Source of the DNA: Nitrospirota bacterium
GTDB taxonomy: Bacteria > Nitrospirota > UBA9217
DNA length: 64,000 nucleotides
NCBI GenBank assembly: GCA_963790205.1
Contig: CAWBNQ010000001.1
Location: forward strand, 800,001 to 864,000
Reading direction: 5' to 3'
The translations under genes were made by a program, and so were the position numbers. This document shows, in pieces, positions 1 to 8,853 of the stretch. The notes under the pieces are model-generated. The model was not told the origin of the DNA. It searched no databases and saw only the letters and a program-made list of their open reading frames with translations. Numbering within the stretch: the stretch's first letter is position 1; each line of letters opens with the position of its first letter.

Positions 1-51
1 TGACCGAGGCTCATTCATCCGGCAGCGCCGGCAGCCAGAGCTTCCGGGCAG

Positions 52-717
52 CTACTGGTTCGTTTTTTTCTCCGCATAGGCTGCCAGCTTTTTATAAAAA
101 TCCCTGCCTAGGAACGTTTCGATCGTTTTTTTGAGGCTCTTGTACATCGGCGCCCCTTTCGGCTTCTTCATGCAGGGGATATGGTCGAGGTAGGGAGTGT
201 CCTGGATGGAAAGCACCTGCTTGCCGTCCCCGGTTGAGTAAAATGCGAGCGGATACTGGACGCAATCCGCGAACTTGAACTCTTCCCAGACCATTCCTTT
301 GTCAATGGCATGGGTGTGGACCGCGCAGTAACGGAAGCCTTCCTTGTTCGTGTAGAGGAGTGAACAGGTGTTCTTAAAGATCAGGATACAGCGGAAGTCC
401 TGGCCCTTGAAGGCCCTCCGGATCGCTCGGGCCTCGTCATCATGGATCTCGCAGCCCTTGAGGCACTGTTTTTTGCAGTCCGCGAGTATCGTGCCGTTCT
501 TTTTGAGGACTCCCCGGTTCTCGGGACTCAGATAGGCCAGGATCTCGTCGAAATGCGCTTCGATTTTCTTCGTTTCCTGAGCGGGTACGATGCAGGCACG
601 GTAGCAGCATTGTGATTTGCAGTCGTAGCCTACCACGTCGCAGGTGTAGGGGCGGGTGAAGATCTCCGGGTTGACGAGCACCGAAGCGATCTCGACGAAG
701 CTTTTTTCTCCAGTCAC
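52..717 (-). CDS. Cys-rich protein, DUF3109-like (putative Zn/Fe-chelating)
   Basis: Motifs CDVVGYDCKSQCC, CAVH and CVQYP resemble DUF3109; likely GTG start at 717 with GGAGG upstream (ORF track extends to 810). Confidence 0.55.
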   Translation of the reverse strand: MTGEKSFVEIASVLVNPEIFTRPYTCDVVGYDCKSQCCYRACIVPAQETKKIEAHFDEILAYLSPENRGVLKKNGTILADCKKQCLKGCEIHDDEARAIRRAFKGQDFRCILIFKNTCSLLYTNKEGFRYCAVHTHAIDKGMVWEEFKFADCVQYPLAFYSTGDGKQVLSIQDTPYLDHIPCMKKPKGAPMYKSLKKTIETFLGRDFYKKLAAYAEKKTNQ

Positions 718-1196
718 GGTGGAACCTCCAGGTAGCAGAAGATTAAGAAGCCGGAAGCCTGTCTCCTGCATGATTTTCAACTCTCCGGCGACTGCCTCCC
801 GGGAGTGCAAAGCCCAATATTAAAACTATCCGCCCACGATGTAAAGTCTTTTTTGCGGATAGCGGCGACCGGTGTGCCGCGCTTTCGCACGCGGCCCGGA
901 AAACCGCACCAGAGAGCTCCGGAGGCCGCTTCATGCAGCTCTTTGCATGACGTTTCGGCACGAAATATCCCTCAACCGCCGAGCAAGCGGGCGGTGTCAA
1001 CGGCTCTCCGGCCGAATTTTTCGATTGCCCGACCACTGACAAGGAAAAATTTTTCAGAATGTGTTGATCAGGACCTCTCGTTGCTGCAAATTAGCTTTCT
1101 CCGCCTCCAAGGAGGACTGAAAAAGGCCGCGACAAGCCTCGTGAGGAGGGTGAAAAAGGGCCGCGAGAAAAAAATGAAGCTCTGGCCATTTTATTC

Positions 1197-1225
1197 TTGA
1201 CAAAGAGAGTTAATTTTGATAAATC
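1197..1225 (+). promoter_or_regulatory. Candidate sigma70 promoter of speD operon
   Basis: TTGACA (1197-1202), 17 nt, then TGn-TAAATC (imperfect extended -10). Confidence 0.45.
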
Positions 1226-1244
1226 ACACTTAACTTTAATGAGT

Positions 1245-1370
1245 GACGCGCCGTCTGAAGTAAGAGACGGATTGGATTCGGACGCTAGCCCTTCCGTGGG
1301 AACGGAAGGCGGTGCTTGCGGAGATCCCGACCCTGTCGGGAAGCTTGTGAAGCAGGCGGAGAAGGAGGTA
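1245..1370 (+). promoter_or_regulatory. Structured 5' leader of speD (candidate cis-regulatory RNA)
   Basis: Three consecutive hairpins: CCGTCT/AGACGG (1251-1270); CCTTCCGT-GGGA-ACGGAAGG (1290-1309); TCCCGAC-CCT-GTCGGGA (1325-1341) extended by TGCTT/AAGCA (1313-1354); followed by AGGAGG RBS. Confidence 0.45.
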
Positions 1371-1376
1371 AACAGG

Positions 1377-1805
1377 TTGCACGCGTTAGGAACCCACCTG
1401 TTGCTAGAATTGCGGGATTGCAACCGCAAAACCCTCGGTAATCTGGAGTTTGTACAGGAAACACTAAAAAATGCCGCACTTGAGGCAAAGGCGACGATTG
1501 TAGAAGTCGCTTTCCACGAGTTCAGCCCCTTTGGCATCAGCGGGATGGTGGTCATCGCCGAATCCCATCTTGCCATCCATACGTGGCCGGAATACGGCTA
1601 CGCCGCAGTCGATGTCTTCACCTGCGGGGACCTGATCGATCCCAGGGTCGCCGCAAATTACCTCATTGAAAAGTTCAAGTCCAAAGACCCCTCGATCATC
1701 GAGATCAAGAGGGGGATCCTCGGCAATAAAAAGCTTCCCCATAAGGCCTTACCAGGAGAGACGCTTCAGCATGATAGAGCCCAAGAGCTACAAGTGGTTC
1801 ATTGA
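1377..1805 (+). CDS. speD: S-adenosylmethionine decarboxylase proenzyme
   Basis: GTHLLLEL, VIAESHLAIHTWPE (pyruvoyl cleavage site) and DVFTCG; TTG start after AGGAGG. Confidence 0.92.
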   Translation: MHALGTHLLLELRDCNRKTLGNLEFVQETLKNAALEAKATIVEVAFHEFSPFGISGMVVIAESHLAIHTWPEYGYAAVDVFTCGDLIDPRVAANYLIEKFKSKDPSIIEIKRGILGNKKLPHKALPGETLQHDRAQELQVVH

Positions 1806-2691
1806 GTATACGAGCCCCGAAGAGGGGCATTTGCACGGCATCCGCATGATCCACTATGCAAGCCAGACCAAGTACCAGCGGATGGAGATCATGGACAGTG
1901 GAAGCTATGGCCGGTGCCTCGTGTTGGACGGTAAGATGCAGTCCACCCTCACCGACGAATTCATCTACCATGAGGCGCTGGTGCATCCCGCGCTCCTCAC
2001 CCATCCGGACCCGAAACGGGTCTTTATCGTGGGCGGTGGCGAGGGGGCCACGCTCCGCGAGGTGCTCCGTCACAAGAGCGTGGAATACTGCATGATGGTG
2101 GACATCGACCAGGAAGTGGTCGAAAAGTCCAAGGAGTTCCTGCCTGAATGGCACCAGGGCGCTTTTGACGACCCGCGAACCGATCTGCGGTACATGGATG
2201 CGCGCAAGTATCTCGAAGAAACGACCGACACCTATGATGCCATAATCATTGATATTTCCGAGCCCGTTGAGGAAGGGCCTGCCTACCTCCTGTTCACGCG
2301 CGAGTTCTACGAGATCGTAAAAGAGCGTCTGAGCCCGGACGGGGTCATCTCCCTCCAGGCGGGGACCACGGCCCTGCATTCACTTTTGAACTTCACGGCC
2401 GTGGACAAGACCCTGAACGCCGTCTTCCCCGTGGTCGCCCCCTATGCCGTGTCCATTCCGTCCTTCGGCCTTCCCTGGGGCTTTACCCTGGCCTCGAAGA
2501 ACCTCGATCCACGGAAGTTCGCTCCCAAGGACCTGGACGCCATGATCAAGAAGAGGATCAAGGGCGAGAACCGGTACTACGACGGCATTACGAACCAGGG
2601 CATGTACATGCTGCCCAAGCATATTCGCAAGGCCTTAGCGGAAGAGACCAAGATCATAGAAGATAATGCGCCTCTCTTTACCTATCATTAA
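1771..2691 (+). CDS. speE: Polyamine aminopropyltransferase (spermidine synthase)
   Basis: LDGKMQ, DEFIYHEAL, GGGEG, VDID motifs; ATG 1771 with AGGAG; overlaps speD by 35 nt. Confidence 0.93.
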   Translation: MIEPKSYKWFIEYTSPEEGHLHGIRMIHYASQTKYQRMEIMDSGSYGRCLVLDGKMQSTLTDEFIYHEALVHPALLTHPDPKRVFIVGGGEGATLREVLRHKSVEYCMMVDIDQEVVEKSKEFLPEWHQGAFDDPRTDLRYMDARKYLEETTDTYDAIIIDISEPVEEGPAYLLFTREFYEIVKERLSPDGVISLQAGTTALHSLLNFTAVDKTLNAVFPVVAPYAVSIPSFGLPWGFTLASKNLDPRKFAPKDLDAMIKKRIKGENRYYDGITNQGMYMLPKHIRKALAEETKIIEDNAPLFTYH

Positions 2692-2757
2692 TGGCTGGGG
2701 GAAAAGTTCCCCGGAGGATTTTCCCGTCGCCGACGCTGATAGGATAATAAAAAAACG

Positions 2758-4242
2758 ATGAATCCTCCTCCCAACCGAATAGAGGACGAGCAGTTCCGCA
2801 CTCCCCTGTTCGACGCAATGGTCAACCTTGCCGAGAGTCGCAAGGTCTCCTTCCATACCCCCGGTCATAAGAGCGGCAAAGGCATTTCAACCCGGTTCCG
2901 AAAATTCGTGGGACCGCGCATTTTCTCCATCGACCTTACGACACTTGACGAGGTCGACTCGCTCCAGAACCCCACGGGAGTCATCAAGGAAGCGCAGGAG
3001 CTTGCCGCCAGGTCCGCAGGCGCGGACCGCTCGTACTTTTTAGTGAACGGCACCACCGTGGGAAACCACGCCATGGTGGCCTCCACGACCGGGCCCGGCG
3101 ATAAAGTGATCATCGCCCGTAACTGCCACCGCTCCGTGCTTACCGGTCTTATCATGAGCGGAGCCCAGCCGATCTTCTTTCAGCCGGCCTTTGACCGGGA
3201 CCTCAAGCTCACCCTGAACGTCACCTTCGCGGCCGCGAAACAGGCCATTGACGCCAACCCCGGGGCGCGGGCGCTGCTTATCACGAGCCCGAACTACTAT
3301 GGCCTCTGCGCCGATATCGAGAAGATCATTCCCTATGCCCACGAGAAAGGCCTTATCGTGTTCGTGGACGAGGCGCACGGCCCTCACCTCAAGTTCAACC
3401 CCAAGCTGCCCATCTGCGCGCTCGAGGCAGGGGCCGACCTCTGTGTCCAGTCCACGCACAAGATCGTGGGCGGCATGACCCAGGCCTCCATGCTCCATGC
3501 AAAAGCCGAGCGGATCAATATCGACGATGTGACAAACACGCTTAAACTCCTGCAGACCACGAGCCCGTCCTATATCCTGATGGCATCCCTCGACCTGGCG
3601 CGCATGCAGATGGCCACGGAAGGCAAGAAACTCCTGAACCGGACTATCAAGCTTGCCGAGGAAGCCCGCGCGGAGATCAACAAGATCCCCGGCATCACCT
3701 GTTTTGGCAGGGAGCAGGCCAGGGGAGCGGGCATGGCGGACATGGACGTGACCAAGCTCACCATCACGGTCTCGGATATGGGGCTTTCGGGTTACCATGT
3801 GTCCCATGTGCTGAACACCCGCTTCGGCATCCAGGTGGAGATGGCGGACCCTTTCCACGTGCTCGTGATCGTATCGATCGGAGACCGCCAGGACGACCTG
3901 AACCTGCTTGTGGAGTCTCTCCGCGTGATCGCCATGGAGACCGGGCTCCAGGGCGCGCTCCTGCCGCTCGATAAGGTCCATCCGCCGATGCTCCAGAACC
4001 GTTTTGCCATGACGCCCCGCAAGGCCTTCTATTCCGACAGCGAGCTTGTGAACGTGAACGACGCCGCGGGCAGGGTCTCGACGGAGATCGTGACCGTTTA
4101 TCCCCCCGGCATCCCGCTCCTTGTCCCCGGAGAAGAGATTTCCCGCGACGCCATCGACTACCTCCAGAACATGGCAGGTCTCGGCGCGATCATCGACGGC
4201 ATGAACGAGAACAACACCCTCGTGCGCGTGGCAAAGGCATAA
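2758..4242 (+). CDS. Fold-type I PLP-dependent Orn/Lys/Arg decarboxylase (probably arginine decarboxylase)
   Basis: FHTPGH, RNCHRS, DEAHG, QSTHK (PLP Lys), TTSPSY, YPPGIP; polyamine operon context. Confidence 0.88.
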   Translation: MNPPPNRIEDEQFRTPLFDAMVNLAESRKVSFHTPGHKSGKGISTRFRKFVGPRIFSIDLTTLDEVDSLQNPTGVIKEAQELAARSAGADRSYFLVNGTTVGNHAMVASTTGPGDKVIIARNCHRSVLTGLIMSGAQPIFFQPAFDRDLKLTLNVTFAAAKQAIDANPGARALLITSPNYYGLCADIEKIIPYAHEKGLIVFVDEAHGPHLKFNPKLPICALEAGADLCVQSTHKIVGGMTQASMLHAKAERINIDDVTNTLKLLQTTSPSYILMASLDLARMQMATEGKKLLNRTIKLAEEARAEINKIPGITCFGREQARGAGMADMDVTKLTITVSDMGLSGYHVSHVLNTRFGIQVEMADPFHVLVIVSIGDRQDDLNLLVESLRVIAMETGLQGALLPLDKVHPPMLQNRFAMTPRKAFYSDSELVNVNDAAGRVSTEIVTVYPPGIPLLVPGEEISRDAIDYLQNMAGLGAIIDGMNENNTLVRVAKA

Positions 4243-4390
4243 TCCTTAAATCCCTTGGACACGCACAAGACCGGATTTTCATCGATTATCTTAGGGCCTA
4301 AAGCCTTGTACGAGTCATCTCGATAAAAGTATCACTGTCGTTTTGTTGCCAAGCAAGTCTGCGTAATCTTCTATGTTAAAAAGCAAGTCT

Positions 4391-4638
4391 TTCTTTTGGC
4401 ATAAACGCATCTCTTTTATTAAGGAGCGATTTATAGCGAACGCAATCTTCAAACCCAATCTTCTATGAGCAGACAGTCTTCGTTGATGAAGAAAACGCTG
4501 CATTGCCTTGATTAATTATGAAGGCGTGGGTTCGTAGTCTGTGGAAGCACAGACGGCATCTTTCGATCCGCTGTAGATTACGCAAGACGATACCCACGGT
4601 GAAACACGGGTTTAAGATCGGCTATAAATATCGGTTTT
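4391..4638 (-). ncRNA. Putative bridge/seek RNA of the IS110 element (exact ends unknown)
   Basis: Stem-internal loop-stem at 4525-4598 whose two loop strands match the two insertion flanks; segment 4459-4467 matches the element end. Confidence 0.75.
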
Positions 4639-5709
4639 TTATTGAACAACCGCCGTAGTGTATTCTTGTTGGTTCTTTAAAACGTACCGGACGCGGTTTA
4701 ACAGCTTCCGGGCGATCCGAACGATAGCTTTGGTCTTTGTCATGTGTTTGCACAGCTCATTGAACGCCATCATTAGGGCAGGGTCTTTTCGCACCGCCGT
4801 CCAAGCGCTTTCGATCAAGACGAAGCGAAGCTGGGCGTTCCGCCTGCCGGTCATGCCGGTTTTAAGGTCCTTTTCCCCGCTGGAATCGGTATCGGGGATA
4901 AGGCCAACGTAGCTGCAGAGTTTGTCGAGCGTCTTGAAACGATTGATGTCATACAGCTCCGTCAAGAGCATCATCGCGGTCAAGGTACTGATTCCCGGCA
5001 CGGTCTTAAGTATCCGGACATTGTTCCGATAGTCGTCCGAATTGGCCAGGGCGCGGATCGCCCGGTTCATCTCGGCAATGATATGCCGAAGATGCTTAAG
5101 CTCGTCTAAGTGTATCTTGAGTGATAGGTTGCCGCTGGCCCGCTCCATTTGTACGGACTCGATCCAATTGATGAAGCGTTTGGACCAGTAACCGTTGATG
5201 AAATCGTCCGGTATGTCGATACCGTAAAAGCTCAGGATCGACTTGATCTGGTTCTTGCAGCGAGTTTGTTTCCTTACCATGCTATTTCGAGTACGAAGGA
5301 GGCTGCGGTCCTCGACTTTTGGTCGCGTAGGGACATAGATCCCTTCGATGTCGCCGTTTCTGAGGCTCCGGGCTAGCTTGCGGCAGTCCACCCGGTCGGT
5401 CTTGCCTGCGCGCTCTTTGTCTTTTGTGGGCACATCCGCCGGATTGACCACGAGACATTGTATGCCTCGCTCCTGAAGCCGGTCATGTATCCAGAAACCG
5501 GAGTAACCGGCCTCATAGACCGACTTATAGGCTGCACCCGGAAAATTGCGTTTGAGATAGTTTACCAGCACCCCGACCTCCGGAGGTTGTGAAAAGGTCT
5601 TATGCTCGAACTGATCGGTAAAAATACTGATGCTCCAACTTTTCTTATGAATGTCCATACCGACATAAATTTGTTGACCAGTGAAATCGAGTCTGCTAAC
5701 GTTATTCAT
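4639..5709 (-). CDS. IS110 family transposase/recombinase
   Basis: RuvC-like DEDD motifs VGMDIHK, YEAG and KTDRVD; C-terminal TVPGI...YVGL...SSG catalytic Ser domain. Confidence 0.96.
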   Translation of the reverse strand: MNNVSRLDFTGQQIYVGMDIHKKSWSISIFTDQFEHKTFSQPPEVGVLVNYLKRNFPGAAYKSVYEAGYSGFWIHDRLQERGIQCLVVNPADVPTKDKERAGKTDRVDCRKLARSLRNGDIEGIYVPTRPKVEDRSLLRTRNSMVRKQTRCKNQIKSILSFYGIDIPDDFINGYWSKRFINWIESVQMERASGNLSLKIHLDELKHLRHIIAEMNRAIRALANSDDYRNNVRILKTVPGISTLTAMMLLTELYDINRFKTLDKLCSYVGLIPDTDSSGEKDLKTGMTGRRNAQLRFVLIESAWTAVRKDPALMMAFNELCKHMTKTKAIVRIARKLLNRVRYVLKNQQEYTTAVVQ

Positions 5710-5832
5710 GGCAAGTCTCCTTTTGGTGTATTTTGGTCCGGGATAGACCTAATATACCTTAAGTCAGACTTGCCTTTTTAATCATAAGGTCTGTGTGCTC
5801 TGCGGATCAACTTATACCGTAAGGAGCTCTTC

Positions 5833-7074
5833 ATGCTTTTTCAAGCGTTGCTCGGTCTCATGGTGTTCACCGGGATCGCCTGGCTCATGAGCGAGAACAG
5901 GAGGGGCGTCCGGTACACCATCGTCCTGACCGGCATCGCGGTCCAGCTCTGCATTGCGGGCATCCTTCTCTTCATTCCGTTTTTCAAGAAGTTCTTTTTG
6001 CTTCTCAATAATGTCGTCCTGGCGCTTGAATCAGCGACCAGGGCGGGCACGTCCTTTGTGTTCGGTTATATCGGCGGCGGCGCGCCGCCTTTCCTGCTCC
6101 AGGACCCGGGATCGAACTTCATCCTCGCTTTCCAGGCGCTCCCGCTCGTGCTCGTGATCGGAGCGTTATCAGGGCTTCTCTTTTACTGGCGAATATTGCC
6201 GTATATCGTACGGGGCTTCTCCTTCCTTCTTCAGAAAACCATGAACATCGGCGGCGCTCTCGGGCTCGGAGCCTCGACCACGATCTTCCTCGGCATGGTG
6301 GAAGCGCCGCTCGTCATCAAACCGTATCTCAAGAACATGACCAGGAGCGAGCTCTTCTCGCTCATGACCGTTGGCATGGCCTGTATCGCCGGGACCGTGA
6401 TGGTCCTGTACGCGACGATCCTTCAAGGCGTGATACCCGACCCGCTCGGCCACATTCTCGTCGCGTCTTTTATTCACGTGGCCGCAGCCATAACGATCGC
6501 ACGCATCATGGTGCCCGAGTCCGGGGAGGAGACCTCGGGCAGCTTTATTCCCCGGAGAACGGCCACCAGCTCCATGGACGCCGTGGTCAAAGGGACCATG
6601 GACGGTCTTCAACTCCTTCTGAACATCATCGCCATGCTCGTGGTCATGGTGGCCCTGGTGCATCTTGCGAACCTGCTCATCGGCCTGCTTCCCGACCTGG
6701 GCGGCAAGCCGCTCACGCTTCAGCGCATTCTCGGTTTCGCCATGGCCCCGATCGTCTGGCTCTTCGGCATCCCGTGGCCGCAGGCCCAGACCGCCGGATA
6801 CCTCATGGGAACCAAGACCATCCTGAACGAGCTGCTCGCGTTCTTGGAAATGTCCAAGCTTCCGGCCGAGGCGCTCGACCCGCGCAGCCGCCTGATCATG
6901 ACCTATGCCCTCGCGAGCTTCGCCAACTTCGGAAGTCTCGGTATCCTCATCGGCGGCCTAGGGAGCCTCGCGCCGGAGCGGCGCGACGAGGTCGTGGGGC
7001 TCGGCATGAAGGCGCTCGTTGCGGGCACGCTCGCCACCTGCATGACGGGCGCGGTGATCGGGATATTTACCTGA
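5833..7074 (+). CDS. Concentrative nucleoside transporter (NupC/CNT family)
   Basis: AGTSFVFG, FAFQ-like LAFQALP, GMVEAP, LNE, FANFGS motifs; multi-TM. Confidence 0.9.
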   Translation: MLFQALLGLMVFTGIAWLMSENRRGVRYTIVLTGIAVQLCIAGILLFIPFFKKFFLLLNNVVLALESATRAGTSFVFGYIGGGAPPFLLQDPGSNFILAFQALPLVLVIGALSGLLFYWRILPYIVRGFSFLLQKTMNIGGALGLGASTTIFLGMVEAPLVIKPYLKNMTRSELFSLMTVGMACIAGTVMVLYATILQGVIPDPLGHILVASFIHVAAAITIARIMVPESGEETSGSFIPRRTATSSMDAVVKGTMDGLQLLLNIIAMLVVMVALVHLANLLIGLLPDLGGKPLTLQRILGFAMAPIVWLFGIPWPQAQTAGYLMGTKTILNELLAFLEMSKLPAEALDPRSRLIMTYALASFANFGSLGILIGGLGSLAPERRDEVVGLGMKALVAGTLATCMTGAVIGIFT

Positions 7075-7192
7075 TCAGATCCGCAGGGCGCATGACGTAT
7101 GGCGTTTCAGGTTTTATATCCTGCCTTTAGCTCCTTGCTCCATGCTCTTCTCTTCGATACCCTTCCTCTCGCTAATCTGATATAATTCAATC

Positions 7193-8806
7193 ATGCGCTT
7201 TTTTCGCTATCGAGGCAGGTTCTTTCAAGGCGTGGGCCTTTTCCTTCGAGTGCTCCTGAGCTACAAGCTCCTCGGCCTCAGGAACGCCTTTGCCTCACCC
7301 GCGGTAAGGCAGGAGCGGCTGAAACGGCTGCACGCTGCCACGGCCCGCCTGCTTCGCGAGCACATGATCGAAATGCGCGGCGTCCTTATCAAGATCGGTC
7401 AGTTCATGTCCTCCCGCGTCGATATCCTGCCCGAGGAGTATACCGACGAGCTCTCGAAGCTCCAGGACCAGGTTCCGCCCGCCCCGTTTGCCGACATCGC
7501 GCGGCGCGTTACGGAAGAGCTCGGGCCCATGGACGAGGTTTTCTCGTCCTTCGACGAAGTCCCGATCGCTTCGGCCTCGCTGGGGCAGGTCCACAAGGCG
7601 TGCCTCAGGGACGGGGACTGCATCGTGGTCAAGGTCCAGTACCCCGGCATCGAAGAGGTGATCGCCGCGGACATGAAGACGCTCAAGTTCGTGATACGCA
7701 TCCTGAGGCTCCTCTTCCGGCATATCAACCTCGACGTGATCTACTCCGAGTTCTCCCGGATCGTCATGGAAGAACTGAATTACCTCCAGGAGGGAAAAAA
7801 CGCCGAGACCTTTGCCCGGAACTTCGCCGAAAACAAGCGGATCGCGATCCCGATGGTCTACTGGCCGTTTACGACGTCCAAGGTGCTTACCCTCGAATAT
7901 CTCGAAGGCATCAAGATAACCGAATTCGACCTGATCGACAAGCAGGGGATCGACCGCAAAGAGGTCGCGCGCATTCTCGCCGAGGCATACGCACAGATGT
8001 TCTTTGTCGACGGCCTGTTCCACGGAGACCCGCATCCCGGCAATATCTTCGTGCGGCCCGGGCCCGAGGTCATCCTCGTGGACTTCGGGATGGTGGACCG
8101 CATTTCGGCGCCGCGGCGAGAGGCGCTTCGCCGCGCCTTTACCGCCATCGTTGACCGCGACGGCCTCGGGTTCGTCCGCGCGCTCGTGGACATGGGGTTC
8201 ATACCGCTCACGAAGGACATCCAGCCGCTCGTGCAGTTCGTCGAGAGAATTTTGTCGAAATACCGCGACCTGTCCGCTTCCGAGTTCAAGGCCATGGACA
8301 TCGATGAAATCGGCCGCGACATCCGGGAGGCGCTCCAACTCAATACGGCGATCCAGATCCCGAACGACTTCATTCTCTTCGGCAGGGTCGTCGGGATGTT
8401 GAACGGCCTCGGTTCGAGGCTTGATCCCGACACCAACATCATAGAGATCGCGGCGCCCTTTGCCAGGCGCTTCATCAAGGCCGAAGAGTTTACGCCCGCC
8501 GGAATACTCAAGAATGCGGCCGTGACCGGACGCGCGCTCGCGAGGCTGCCGAAGCTTCTGGCCGACTTTCTCGTGACCACCAGCCGCGGCGAGACGCGGG
8601 TGGAGATCACCTCGAAGGATATCGTCGAGGAGCTCAGAAAGATCTCGAGCATCGGAAGGGGCTTTATTCTCTCCATCCTCATTGTGGGGCTCGGCATGGC
8701 GTCGCTCTTCCTTCGCATCAATCACTTCAACCGGGAAAGTTTGTGGGCGGCGATCGGCGCAGGGACGCTGCTTCTCTGGCTGGTGCTGAGTTTGAGAAAG
8801 ACCTGA
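7193..8806 (+). CDS. ABC1/UbiB/AarF family atypical kinase
   Basis: IKIGQ, LQD, ASASLGQVH, VKVQYP, HGDPHPGN, DFG; two C-terminal TM helices. Confidence 0.92.
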   Translation: MRFFRYRGRFFQGVGLFLRVLLSYKLLGLRNAFASPAVRQERLKRLHAATARLLREHMIEMRGVLIKIGQFMSSRVDILPEEYTDELSKLQDQVPPAPFADIARRVTEELGPMDEVFSSFDEVPIASASLGQVHKACLRDGDCIVVKVQYPGIEEVIAADMKTLKFVIRILRLLFRHINLDVIYSEFSRIVMEELNYLQEGKNAETFARNFAENKRIAIPMVYWPFTTSKVLTLEYLEGIKITEFDLIDKQGIDRKEVARILAEAYAQMFFVDGLFHGDPHPGNIFVRPGPEVILVDFGMVDRISAPRREALRRAFTAIVDRDGLGFVRALVDMGFIPLTKDIQPLVQFVERILSKYRDLSASEFKAMDIDEIGRDIREALQLNTAIQIPNDFILFGRVVGMLNGLGSRLDPDTNIIEIAAPFARRFIKAEEFTPAGILKNAAVTGRALARLPKLLADFLVTTSRGETRVEITSKDIVEELRKISSIGRGFILSILIVGLGMASLFLRINHFNRESLWAAIGAGTLLLWLVLSLRKT

Positions 8807-8853
8807 GCTTGCACGAAGGCGCAGATGAAGAAGGCGGAACTGGAGGTCCGGCT

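Larger units (their letters stand above)
4370..5792 (-). mobile_element. Complete IS110-family (IS1111-type) insertion sequence
   Basis: TCT core on both sides (4367-4369, 5790-5792); imperfect sub-terminal IRs 4372-4390 and 5766-5786; transposase; about 250 nt non-coding end downstream of the CDS; lower GC than flanks. Confidence 0.88.

Noticed and set aside
743..1376. ORFs 743-1042, 805-1200 and the N-terminal extension of speD from 1197
   Set aside because: No recognisable motifs; the region holds promoter and leader features, and the true speD start follows the AGGAGG near 1363
1232..1376. Canonical SAM-I riboswitch before speD
   Set aside because: Lacks the SAM-I core nucleotides and a terminator; kept only as an unknown structured leader
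4351..4390. AAGCAAGTCT direct repeat as a target-site duplication
   Set aside because: Both copies are at the same end of the element; IS110 elements leave only the core, and the TCT boundary is supported by the guides and junction promoter
4315..4503. 62-aa ORF in the IS end
   Set aside because: Crosses the IS boundary and overlaps the structured RNA; no RBS
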